From contig OX597830.1 of NCBI GenBank assembly GCA_951406725.2, positions 65,906,001 through 65,970,000 of the forward strand: a stretch of 64,000 nt of DNA, in the 5' to 3' direction. The position numbers were made by a program, and so were the translations under genes. Shown piece after piece: positions 28,055 through 39,290 of this stretch (position 1 is the first letter of the stretch; each line of letters starts with the position of its first letter). The notes beneath the pieces were generated by a model. It saw nothing but the letters and a program-made list of their open reading frames with translations, had not been told where the DNA came from and did not search any database. The DNA is from Octopus vulgaris. Its lineage: Eukaryota.

Positions 28055-28270
28055 AAGGGGGTGCTGAAAAGTTCCTGGCTTTGGGTAAAAGAAAATACAG
28101 GAGGATCAGTTAATTATGACTTTATTCAACAAATTCCCCTCCCAGATTCATCACACTTATTGTAGTGACCCTTCAGCTTTTCTAAGCCCTGTACAAGAAC
28201 TGTGAAGGTTGCTCCTCCAACCAGGCCTTTCACAATACCCTTAAAACTAGAAACTTTTCAGCAAACATCC
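28055..28270. mobile_element. MITE of about 210 bp with mariner-like TIRs
   Basis: TIR ggggtgctgaaaagttcctggcttt with a degenerate aaaactagaaacttttcagca at the other end. Further copies at 48685-48897 and 60633-60748. Confidence 0.8.
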
Positions 28271-28286
28271 ACACATGTATATATAC

Positions 28287-28361
<75 letters not shown>

Positions 28362-28440
28362 GTTGGTCTCATGAAAGGATGATATCATCCAAAGAAATAC
28401 TGGTTCAATACCTGATATTTGATGGGGGGAGGTTAATCAT

Positions 28441-28760
28441 GCAATGGCCCAGTGTTTAGGGCAACGGACTCGCAGTCGGAGGATCATGGTTTCAATCCCC
28501 AAACCAAATGTTGTGTGTGTTTATTGAGCGAAAACACCTAAAAGCTCCACAAGGCTCCAGCAGGGGGTGGTGGCGACACCTGTTATACTCTATCGCCCCA
28601 ACTTTCTCTCACTCTTTCTTCTTGTTTCTTGGGTAATGCTGCAATGGACTGGCGTCCCGTCCAGCTGGGGGGAACACATACGCCATAGAAACCGGGAAAC
28701 TGGGCCCATGAGCCTGGTTAGGCTTGAAAAGGGCACATAAATAAAATAATAAAATAAATG
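28441..28760 (+). mobile_element. SINE family C (tail variant 2)
   Basis: Head as in the 22080 copy. Tail tggactggcgtcccgtccagctgggg...aaaagggcacat(aaat)n is shared with the 40197 copy. Confidence 0.8.
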
Positions 28761-28825
28761 AAGAATAAGAAAACAGAGATATTGAAGTTAATAAGAATTT
28801 ATTATCAGCAAAACATCGATCATTA

Positions 28826-28908
28826 TCCCTTACAGATGTTTCAGTTAAGCTCAGAGAAGTTAAATAAATATTAAAATCGTTTTTCCGAGCGTAATTTCAT
28901 CAGAGGGA
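28826..28908 (-). ncRNA. Type I hammerhead ribozyme with intact core
   Basis: The minus strand reads tccct-CTGATGA-aattacgctcgga...tctgagcttaact-GAAAC-atct-GTA-aggga, with AATAAA about 25 nt downstream. Confidence 0.78.
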
Positions 28909-29271
28909 GAAAAAAATATACCCTTAGATATTTTGTGTGTTAGTTTCTTGAATTATCACGGCAGACTGAATAATACTGTTTATGATTAGTAATGATGTGC
29001 ATCTAGGCGAGGGGGTTACAGGTTTGTGGTGGGTAAGATATAGTATGCAAATGTAATTAGGGTAATGAAGAGTAAATAAACAGAGATTAAAGAGTAAATT
29101 ACAATGTAAATAAAGTACAATATGAATGAGATAAGGAATTAAATTACATTTGTAGGTTGTATACAAAAGTGAAAAAAAACTTATCTATAAATAAACATAC
29201 ACTCATACTTGCTATTGCACAATCATACATTCATCTGTTAATTCAAGTATATATATATATATATATATATA

Positions 29272-31826
29272 TGATTGATTGATTGATTCTAGTTTCAACT
29301 TATGAGCTGTGGCCATGCTGGGGCACCGCCATTTGGTGTTGCTACTTGGTTTCACTTCATGGAGGCTTTCTAGCAACTGCTATTTGGTGCATGAGAGAGT
29401 TCGATGCAGCTGCCCTCATCTGCCCCTCCTGCCGTGAAGTTGGTTCATCTGGGACACCTGACAGGAAGAGATCCAGCTTCATTTTAAAGACATCTGTATC
29501 CGCCCCATGCAGGTCTCTCAGGTTCTTCGGGAGGATATTGAAGAGCTGTGGGCCTCGGAAGCCCAGGCTATCACAGAATCTTGTCCTACATCTTGATGGC
29601 AGGTTTGGAGTCCTAGGCACCACGCAGTGGCGCCCAGTTCTGGCATTTGCATAACTCTCGATGCCAAAGTTCAGGACACTTCCCTCCAGGATCTTCCAGA
29701 TGTATATTATGGCATATCTTTCCCGCCTACGCTCCAGGGAATATAATTTTAATCTCTTGGGTCTTTCCCAGTAGCTTACATTCTGCATAGAGGCTATCTT
29801 CTTTGTGTAGCTTCGTTGGATCGCCTCAAGTTCTGTGATCAACTTGACACTGGATGGTGACCATAGCTGAGAGCAATAGTCAAAGTGGCTTAGGACAAGT
29901 GTCTTCCAGAGGACCGTCATGGTTTCTTGTTCTCTTGTTCTAAAGGTTCTAAGAATCCATCCAGCCAGCCGTCTACATTTCATTGTCAGTTTAGCAACAT
30001 GTACATGAAAGGTCGCGTCATCACTCATGTGAATACCCAGGTCACGCACTGATTGTGCCTCTGGGATTGCAATCCCTCCGGGTCCAGTGTATTCATTGGG
30101 TATTGCATTCAGTTTTGCATGCTGATAGTATAAAGCTTGAAACTTTCCAGCATTGAACTGCATGCTATTCTTTTCAGCCCACTTGTATATTTCGTCCAGC
30201 TCACATTGCAGGTGTTTAGTGTCCTCAGGGTTCTGTATTGCCTGTGAAACTTTTGTATCATCTGCATAACTTGTGATCGTGGATCTCTGCGTGGCTGAGG
30301 GCATGTCTGAGAGGGCCATTATGAACAGTAGTGGTCCCAAAACAGTGCCCTGTGGAACACCGCTCACTATTTGCGTGCTAATGGAAGTGGCCCCATTGGC
30401 TACTACCACCTGACTTCTATTCTTCAGAAAGTCATGAAGCCATTCTCCTAGTTTTCCAACTATGCCAAGATCACGCAGTTTGTGACATATCATTCCATGA
30501 TCGACTTTATCGAAGGCCTTTGCGAAGTCGAGATATATGACTTCAACATTTGAGTGGTTGAGCAGTTGTTTCAGCACCCAGTCATAGTGCTGCAGGAGCT
30601 GAGTTAAGCAGCTTCTTCCTGGTCGGAAACCATGTTGGGTGTCAGGCAGCAAGTCATTTTCTTCAAGGAAGGTGATTAGTTTCCTTCTGACTATTCGTTC
30701 CATGACCTTGCTGATGTGTGAGGTCAGAGAGATAGGTCTGTAATTCTTGGCCTCCGCTCTGCTACCTCCTTTATGAATAGGGCATATTTTACCTTCCTTC
30801 AGTCCCCTTGGAAGTTTGCCAGCTGCAAGGAAGCTCTGAAAGAGGAACTGCAGTGGTCTTGCTAAGACTCTCTTACATACTTTTAGGAGGATTGCCGGGA
30901 ATCCATCGGGGCCAATAGCTGAGTCTATTTTCATTTCATCTATAGCCTTTATTACATCGTCTTCCTTTATATCGATGTAATTTATCGTCGCCACCTCTGA
31001 TTCTATATCTGCAGTGGTAAAGAAGTCAGTTGTATTGGTGATTTGGAAATGCCCAAGGGGTGGAGTGAAAACACTCTTGAATTGTTCATTCAGTATTTCA
31101 CTTACCCTCATTGGTTTTCCTGTGAGTGTGCCATCCTTTTCAAGGAGTGGCCCTATCCTACAGTGCACCGTAGCTGTTTCTTTGGCATACCTGTAGAAAG
31201 CTCTGGGGTTAGTTTTTATGTTGTCTATAGCCCAGGCTTCTTTGTCTGCTCTTTCCTTCTCATGGGAGAGTTGCAGACAATTTTCAATTTCCAACAGTTT
31301 TATTTTCAGGCGGGACTTTTCACTGCTTTCAATTTGTTTGTTTAGGCGATTTGAAATTTTTGTACGCCGTCTCATTAAAATTTTCCTCTCTCTGGGGATT
31401 TTGTTCTTGTGTACAGTGGCCTTTCTCTCTGGGACACATTTGTAGCATATGGCTTGCATTACAGACATGAATTGTTGAAGTATCATGTCGATGTCCGGCG
31501 AGGAGAGACATTCAGGCCAGTTTTGTTTGAGGATCTCTTTCTCAATTTGTTTCCAGTTTGCCTTATTGAAGTTCAAGCTGGAAAGATTCTGAGGGTTTCT
31601 TGTAGGCTGCATGTCCGTGCTCTCTTTTGGCCCGTACATGGTCAGCTCTACCATGTTGTGATCCGAGAGTAGTGTCGGTGTCACTTTCACATTATGGATG
31701 AGATCCATATTATTTGTGAAGCAGAGATCCAGTGTGTTACCTGCTCTGGTTGGTTGCAGTATTACTTGCTCCATGTACAGGGTGTTGGTGAGGTTCAGGA
31801 GGGACCTCGCCTGTCCACGTTCACAT
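29272..31826 (-). mobile_element. 5'-truncated CR1-type non-LTR retrotransposon (LINE)
   Basis: RT ORF, short 3' UTR and (AATC)n tail at 29272-29288. (TA)n on both flanks and a 21-bp duplication at the 5' junction. Confidence 0.93.
29357..31826 (-). CDS. LINE ORF2 (C-terminal APE endonuclease remnant plus reverse transcriptase), 5'-truncated, no internal stops
   Basis: Motifs [83 protein letters not shown]. The first ~50 aa of the listed 877-aa ORF are microsatellite read-through. Confidence 0.93.
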
Positions 31827-31842
31827 CTCGCCTGTCCACGTT

Positions 31843-31911
<69 letters not shown>

Positions 31912-32007
31912 ATATATACATATATATATAAATACACACACAACACACACACACACATGCACAGGGACATTCACAATTAATCACATGCATTTACATGTAT
32001 ACACATA

Positions 32008-32035
32008 CTATTACTATTATTATTATTACTATTAC

Positions 32036-32087
<52 letters not shown>

Positions 32088-32093
32088 TTATTA

Positions 32094-32140
<47 letters not shown>

Positions 32141-32162
32141 GTTATTATTATTATTATTATTA
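32008..32162. repeat. (ATT)n microsatellite
   Basis: Read directly. A second (ATT)n tract at ~34019-34070 lies on the other side of the Penelope-like element. Confidence 0.95.
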
Positions 32163-33980
32163 GTCAAGATGAAGAGCGCAATTCAGTTGTAAGTTATTTT
32201 ATTAGTCGAACGATATTTCAACAGTATGTCTGTCTTTGTCAAGAGAAAATTTGATGGAATACTTTTGTTTGACTGCTTTTCAAAGGCATCCATGGGTAGA
32301 ATCATGCATGGATGCCTTCGAAAAGCAGTCAAACAAAAGTATTCCATCAAATTTTCTCTGTAGGCTATTGAGGTTTGTGTTACTTTGTAGCACAATGAAG
32401 TTTTGACAAAAATTTTACCACCAGACAAAGGGTTGCCACCAGACATGGGTACCCCAATGGCAGTTAATTTCACTAATGTCTTCATGATGAAATTCGAGAC
32501 ACAGTTACTGAAGACATTCAAATCCCTACATGGTCATGAACCAATACTCTGGTTACGGTTCACTGACAATGTATTTTTTGTCTGGGAAGGATCACAGGAT
32601 AGTTTAATGGGCTTCTTGCATTTCTGTGACTGTTATGCTAAAAACTATGCCTTTAAGTCCAACATAAAATTTACGTCTAGTTTTTCAAAAACTAGTGTTG
32701 AAACTTTTATAGTTTTCTGGTGGCAGAATAGTGACAGAGTTATTTTGCAAGCCCATGTCATCCCACATTTACGTCCACTGCTGCTCCGATCATCCACATC
32801 ATCTTATTTGGTCAAATCCGAAATCTCAAATTTTGAGGATAAAACGGATTTGTCTTGACATAGGGGATTACTGGAAACATGCAAATGCTTTTGTATGTCA
32901 TTATGTCAAATGCCGTTACAGTGAATCAGGATTAAACGAAATAGCAAATGAAATAGCTAAGATTAGCAATGATAATCAAACACACATGCATAATTTTAGC
33001 AAACACAATACAATAGATGACAGAATTCCTTTAGTGATTAGCTGGCACCGACATTTTGCTGGCATTCCAAAAGTGTTGCATGAAAGTTACCAGCATGTGG
33101 CAAAAAAATATCCTTGTTTCAAACAGATATTTCCTCAGCTGCCTATTGTAGCCTTTAGATGGAATAAGAATATAAGAGAATTATTGACCTCTATATCTGA
33201 CTCCAAGAAAACGAACATTGGAGTATCTACACGCTGTACCTTGAAGAACAGCCGCAAGGGAGGTAAGCCCTGTTCATTGTGCAACAACATGAGTTAAGTG
33301 AATTCCATCAGGAATCATAACAGAAATGTTATGATTTATACAGAAGGTGGAACATGTAAAGATTCCCACACTGCAGAATGCACGAAACACAACTTAATTT
33401 ATGTTGGTTGTACAACAGAACAATTAAACAAAAGGTTTAATGGGCACAGATTCGACGTCAAGCACAATAACAATAGTTTGACAGAACTTGCTGAACATTT
33501 CATTTCAAGCGGCTGAAATTTTGAAGAAGACTTGAAAGTGCATATTCTCAGAAAATATTCTGAATCTGCTTCACTTTCACTTCTCAGAATGTATGAGGAG
33601 AAATATGTTTGCGGGTTAACATCACATCCTGATGGAATGAATAAGATGACAGGAGAATATCCTCAAATTTATACAAAACTGTTTGATTAAATATTCTTCT
33701 TTCTCTCTTTTCCTTTCTTTTTTTTCTGTCGTCTTCTTTTTTCTGTTTATTTTCTGTCTTTTTCTTTTCACCTGTTATAAAATTGTAACTTAAAAACTGA
33801 TGATGTCATTCCATCAACGTGTGGACACTGGTTGCTCTCGTTCATACTTTACGTTTAAATTTCTGTAATTTTGAATTTTTATCAGTTCTTATTTTGAACG
33901 TGACAAAGACAGACGTACTGTTGAAATATCATTCAACTAATAAAATATCTTACAATCGAATCATGCTCTTCATCTTGACT
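32162..33980 (+). mobile_element. Decayed Penelope-like retroelement (RT plus GIY-YIG) with inverted pseudo-LTRs
   Basis: RT-like MGTPMAVNFTNVFM, LWLRFTDNVFFVW, IKFT; thumb-like LFCKP..HIYVH..SDHP..SQILRIKRIC; GIY-YIG-like CTKHNLIYVGCTTEQLNKRFNGH..LAEHF. Stops and frameshifts are present. Inverted repeats of ~80 bp at 32162-32241 and 33901-33980. Confidence 0.88.
33894..33936 (+). ncRNA. Minimal hammerhead-like motif in the Penelope pLTR
   Basis: ttgaac-gTGACAA-a-gacag-acgta-ctgtt-GAAA-tATC-attcaa. The inverted copy gives core TTGACAA and stem I partner gttcga. Confidence 0.5.
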
Positions 33981-34534
33981 GTTTACCTTTGTGAAGAGTT
34001 ACGCCAATCCTTTTTAAAATATTATTATAATTATTATTATTATTATTATCATTATTATTATTATTATTATTTTGTTAATGTACCAATTTCTCCATATTTC
34101 CGCATGCCTATTTATATCTGTTTATTTACCAGAGAAATACTCTATCATGCTGGTAATTTTCTGCTCTGCTAGGAAGAAATCAACATCTGATACGCCATAG
34201 AATTATTGTCATGTGACTAGGTACTTCCCCAAGAAGCAGTTAAAAGCTGCTTGTTGTTAGTAATGACAGCAAATATCTTTATTCATTTAGTTTCTGCTTC
34301 ACAATGAGGTCTGTTTCTTACTGCTTGTTAACAGCGTTCATATGTCATTTATGCAGCATGTCATTTCAATTTCCTTTCTTTCTGGTGGCAGGGTAATATA
34401 GTTGTTTCCCTTTGTTTCTCTTCGGTGAATAGAAATAAATAAATGTTCATTGTAAAACCGGATAAAATTAAATATTCAATGTTGAATGAACATAGAAAAG
34501 TATTCCTTCCAACACCAGGAGCTGTAGTATCGTA

Positions 34535-34569
34535 ATGTATGTATGTATGTATGTATGTATGTATGTATG

Positions 34570-34603
<34 letters not shown>

Positions 34604-34845
34604 TGTATGTATGTATGTATGTATGTATGTATGGATGGATGGATGGATGGATGGATGGATGGATGTATGTATGTATGTATGTATGTATGGATGGATGGAT
34701 GGATGGATGGATGGATGGATGGATGGATGGATGGATGGATGGATGGATGTATGGTTGGATGGATGGATGGATGGATGGATGTATGTATGGTTGGATGGAT
34801 GGATGGATGGATGGATGGAAGGAAGAAGGAAGGAAGGAAGGAATG
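34535..34845. repeat. Compound (ATGT)n/(ATGG)n/(GGAA)n microsatellite abutting a SINE D 3' fragment (34855-34955, minus strand)
   Basis: Read directly. Confidence 0.9.
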
Positions 34846-35059
34846 GTAAAGGGTTAAGAGCCCTCTTTGGTCACGACACAGACCATGGGATGACACCTAA
34901 AAAGTTCCCCTCCAAAGCACAAGTCCAGACAAGGTTGTTTATAGAAGACAAGCAGTATGGGGTTCAACACAATTACACACAATCTCTTGTCTAAATTTCT
35001 TTACAAACACTGTTATATTCATTCACCTTCCATTTATTTCTTAAGAGTACTTTCTATTA

Positions 35060-36740
35060 TGAAGTGTTGAGAAGTTTTGTTTTTCTGCCTATGGGAACTC
35101 CTGTATACTGAAGACCAAGTTCTCGTATCTTTCAAGTTTTACTGCCATCTGTGAGAACTCCTGTTTGTAGATGACCTAGCTTACATATCTCAACCTATAG
35201 AAAATTTAGAATAGAAATTCTGGACATGGAAATGAAACTTAGAATTGAGACGCCTCAAAGTGAACTTAGCAATGGTTAAAGCTTTTGTAAGAAAGAAAGA
35301 AAGAAAGAAAACAGAATCCTATTAGAAAATGGGAAATAGCCAAGCACAAAATCTAGGAAAGGAGCAAGTGGAAATTCTATAAGAGGTACTCAGTGTAAAC
35401 TATGGAGAAACGAGAGGTGTAGTAGGATGACAAGCAAGTTGATCAAGAATGTAGATTTTGTATGTGTAGTGTATACAGGAGATTTAAAGTAAGGCACTTA
35501 CCTTCCCTTTGTCAACACAGACCTCTCTGGTGGTAACGCACCCTTCCATGTGGTCCAACCCAAACGCTAAAAATAGCAGCTGCTTTCCCTTACCTTGTCG
35601 AAGTGCTCACACATCCAGCACTGTCTGCTACCCTAGTTGAAAAGGCCCAATCATCCCCTGCCTGCACACACGTCACTTGCACGCCCTTCCTCTGCTGGTC
35701 AGCTCCCAAGTTCCGGCCAGCTCCCCAACTTCTGACATCATCCCACAGTATGTAATGGATGGAAGGGAAATAGTTGCAGTAAGAGTTCATGTGAAGCATA
35801 TTCCTATGAATGTCCAAGATGTTCCCATGTAGCTGTATGGCATTGTGAATGATGCACTGTAAGTGAGGGAGGAAGTGATATCAGATTATAAAATGGATGA
35901 TTTTGTCTGGCCTCAGTTTTGCTTGAGCAGCGCCAAGAATGATGTGTGCAATCAAAGGGTCCTTGAGGATTTGATCTACTGGCCAGTGAGTAGGATAGTG
36001 AGTATCTCAGAGTTTGTGCAACAAGTTCCAGTCGCCAGTTGAGGGGTTCCTTTTTGGAGTTGCTTTTTAGCTTGTGTTAAGAAACCTTTTTTTTTTTATC
36101 TTTTACATTACAAGTTAATAGTTTCTGTTGCCTAGATGATATAATTAGCAATAGAACTGGGTACTCTGAAAACAGCAGCCAGTGTAAGAATGGAGTAGAA
36201 AAAGTTTAAGGTGCTAAAGTCTCAGATGGCAATAAAGATTTTCTCTCCCAGAGTGAAGGCCATATTTTATGATGCTTCTATATAAAATGTGATGCTGCAT
36301 AGAAACAAGATGTGGGCATGCATTGCAAAACATTTGCAAAAAACTGGAAAGAAATTAGATGACCATCCTCTGATAGATGTGTAATATTAGTGTGTCTGAA
36401 TTATGAAACACAAATGAGTTGAGAGAAAGGGTGGACATAAGAGAATTCAGATGTAATGTTGCAAGAGAGAAGACTTTGTTGATAAGAGCATGTGATGTGT
36501 ATGGAGGATATCTGTTATAAAAAGAAGGCGTTGAACTTCTTTTTATCACAGAGCTTCCATACACATAGAACCTGTGACCAAATGGTACCTAGAAAGAGTT
36601 TAGGACAAAGAGACTTTTCTTAAGAGGCTGAACCTTTGATTAAAATGACAAAGGTTTGCAACTTGTGGTCATAGGCTGTACTAAAGAATATCTGCCCAAC
36701 CCCTGAAAACGTGGCAAAAAACACATAAAAATGGTGGTAG
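35060..36740 (+). mobile_element. Heavily decayed RTE-clade LINE 3' half, interrupted by an unrelated insert of about 600 bp (~35490-36100)
   Basis: WELLYTED and ELLFVDDL motifs (YADD region), LKVNL, a Cys-rich QCKLW..RCS remnant, RVKG-like and LERN segments, and a degenerate E-type tail near 36690-36740. Confidence 0.6.
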
Positions 36741-36838
36741 TGATAAAAGTCAAGGCATATGATATCTTTTAGTATACTCTCTCTTCTATCACTCTTTTAT
36801 TCTAGTTCACTATCTTTCATCACTCTCTTATATATCAA

Positions 36839-38303
36839 CCTTCTCTGGCCCCTGTGCTGGTGGCACGTAAAAAGCACCAACCAGTCATGGCCATTGCTAG
36901 CCTCCTCTGGCCCCTGTGCCGGTAGCACCTAAAAAGTACCAACCAATCATGGCTGTTGCCAGCCTCCTCTGGCCCCTGTGCCGGCAGCACCTAAAAAGTA
37001 CCAACCAATCATGGCTGTTGCCAGCCTCCTCTGGCCCCTGTGCCAGTAGCACCTAAAAAGTACCAACCAATCATGGCTGTTGCCAGCCTCCTCTGGCCCC
37101 TGTGCCGGCAGCACCTAAAAAGTACCAACCAATCATGGCTGTTGCCAGCCTCCTCTGGCCCCTGTGCCAGTAGCACCTAAAAAGTACCAACCAATCATGG
37201 CTGTTGCCAGCCTCCTCTGGCCCCTGTGCCGGCAGCACCTAAAAAGTACCAACCAATCATGGCTGTTGCCAGCCTCCTCTGGCCCCTGTGCCGGTAGCAC
37301 CTAAAAAGTACCAACCAATCATGGCTGTTGCCAGCCTCCTCTGGCCCCTGTGCCAGTAGCACCTAAAAAGTACCAACCAATCATGGCTGTTGCCAGCCTC
37401 CTCTGGCCCCTGTGCCGGCAGCACCTAAAAAGTACCAACCAATCATGGCTGTTGCCAGCCTCCTCTGGCCCCTGTGCCAGTAGCACCTAAAAAGTACCAA
37501 CCAATCATGGCTGTTGCCAGCCTCCTCTGGCCCCTGTGCCAGTAGCACCTAAAAAGTACCAACCAATCATGGCTGTTGCCAGCCTCCTCTGGCCCCTGTG
37601 CCGGCAGCACCTAAAAAGTACCAACCAATCATGGCTGTTGCCAGCCTCCTCTGGCCCCTGTGCCGGTAGCACCTAAAAAGTACCAACCAATCATGGCTGT
37701 TGCCAGCCTCCTCTGGCCCCTGTGCCAGTAGCACCTAAAAAGTACCAACCAATCATGGCTGTTGCCAGCCTCCTCTGGCCCCTGTGCCGGCAGCACCTAA
37801 AAAGTACCAACCAATCATGGCTGTTGCCAGCCTCCTCTGGCCCCTGTGCCGGTAGCACCTAAAAAGTACCAACCAATCATGGCTGTTGCCAGCCTCCTCT
37901 GGCCCCTGTGCCAGTAGCACCTAAAAAGTACCAACCAATCATGGCTGTTGCCAGCCTCCTCTGGCCCCTGTGCCGGCAGCACCTAAAAAGTACCAACCAA
38001 TCATGGCTGTTGCCAGCCTCCTCTGGCCCCTGTGCCAGTAGCACCTAAAAAGTACCAACCAATCATGGCTGTTGCCAGCCTCCTCTGGCCCCTGTGCCAG
38101 TAGCACCTAAAAAGTACCAACCAATCATGGCTGTTGCCAGCCTCCTCTGGCCCCTGTGCCGGCAGCACCTAAAAAGTACCAACCAATCATGGCTGTTGCC
38201 AGCCTCCTCTGGCCCCTGTGCCGGCAGCACCTAAAAAGTACCAACCAATCATGGCTGTTGCCAGCCTCCTCTGGCCCCTGTGCTGGTGGCACGTAAAAAG
38301 CAC
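36839..38303 (+). repeat. 62-bp minisatellite, 22 near-identical units plus two terminal variant units
   Basis: Unit cctcctctggcccctgtgcc(g/a)g(t/c)agcacctaaaaagtaccaaccaatcatggctgttgccag, starting at 36901 and every 62 bp to 38203. Confidence 0.98.
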
Positions 38304-38501
38304 CCACTATACTCACGGAGTGGTTGGCATTAGGAAGGGCATCCAGCTGTAGGAACACTGCCAGATCAGACTGGAGCCTGGTGCAGCCTCCTGGCTTCCC
38401 AGATCCCAGTCGAACCATCCAACCCATGCTAGCATGGAAAACGGACGTTAAACGATGACGACAACGATGATGATGATTATGATGATGATGATGATGATGA
38501 T
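38265..38501 (+). mobile_element. SINE family E 3' region continuous with the 62-bp array
   Basis: The last unit reads directly into ggcacgtaaaaagcacccactatactcacggagtggttggc...gacgttaaac(gat)n. Confidence 0.9.
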
Positions 38502-38759
38502 GCAAACACACTTCATGTCATGCGTTTGTTTGTAACTCCTTGACCAGATACTCTGGCCAAGGAATTACAACCTTCTCCAGTCAAATGAGTTCAGTTAAGT
38601 TGAGTGAAATAAGGTAAAATAGCAACAACTCAGAGTTAAAACCTGCCTAGAAACTCTCAGCTTAACATAAATTTACCACCACTCAACAGTGTGGAGAAGG
38701 ATGCAAATGTAAATCTTGGATCAAAAGAGCAAACTTGTAATTTACCGCTTTTAGGATGA

Positions 38760-39290
38760 AAGCTGGGACTTGGGTGGTGGTGTGGTGTGGTGAGAGAGTT
38801 CTGGTGATGAAAAACCTGAAACCCTGAAAGCTGGGACTTGAGTCAAATGGGTGGTGGTGTGGTGTGGTGTGGTGTGAGAGGTCTGGTGTTGAAAAACCTG
38901 AAACCCTGATAAAGCCCCTTAAAAATATTACTGATGATGCATCCAAGAGCATCTGGACTTCAACCATCAAGATCTACTGTTACTAGGATGCAATCTGGGA
39001 CTTGATCAACCCCAGCAAGCAGGGTTTTATTCTGAAAGACCTGAAACCTACTAAGATTCCAGAAATTTCACTGATGATGCATCAAAGAGCATTTGTAAGA
39101 TGTATCATCATAGAATTACCACTTCAAAGGACTTGCAGCCACCAAGATTTGCTGTTACTAGGATGCAAGCCAGGGCTTGATCAACCCCAGCAAGGTTAAG
39201 TGGGCAAACTGGGTTTGATGTTGAAAGACCTGAAACCTACTAAGATTCCAGAAATTTCACTGATGATGCATTGTAGAGCATCTGTGAGAT
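38760..39290 (+). repeat. Imperfect local tandem duplications
   Basis: tgaaa(a/g)acctgaaacc occurs four times, and ctgatgatgcat...gagcat at 38931, 39070 and 39260. Confidence 0.75.

Noticed and set aside
36839-38303. CRISPR-like regular array
   Set aside because: The units are contiguous with no unique spacers, there are no cas genes, and the context is a eukaryotic SINE.
38925-39290. Repeated CTGATGA followed by a tgcatcc/ggatgca stem (hammerhead or C/D snoRNA?)
   Set aside because: No GAAA follows the stem and there is no convincing terminal stem or box spacing. Treated as local duplications.
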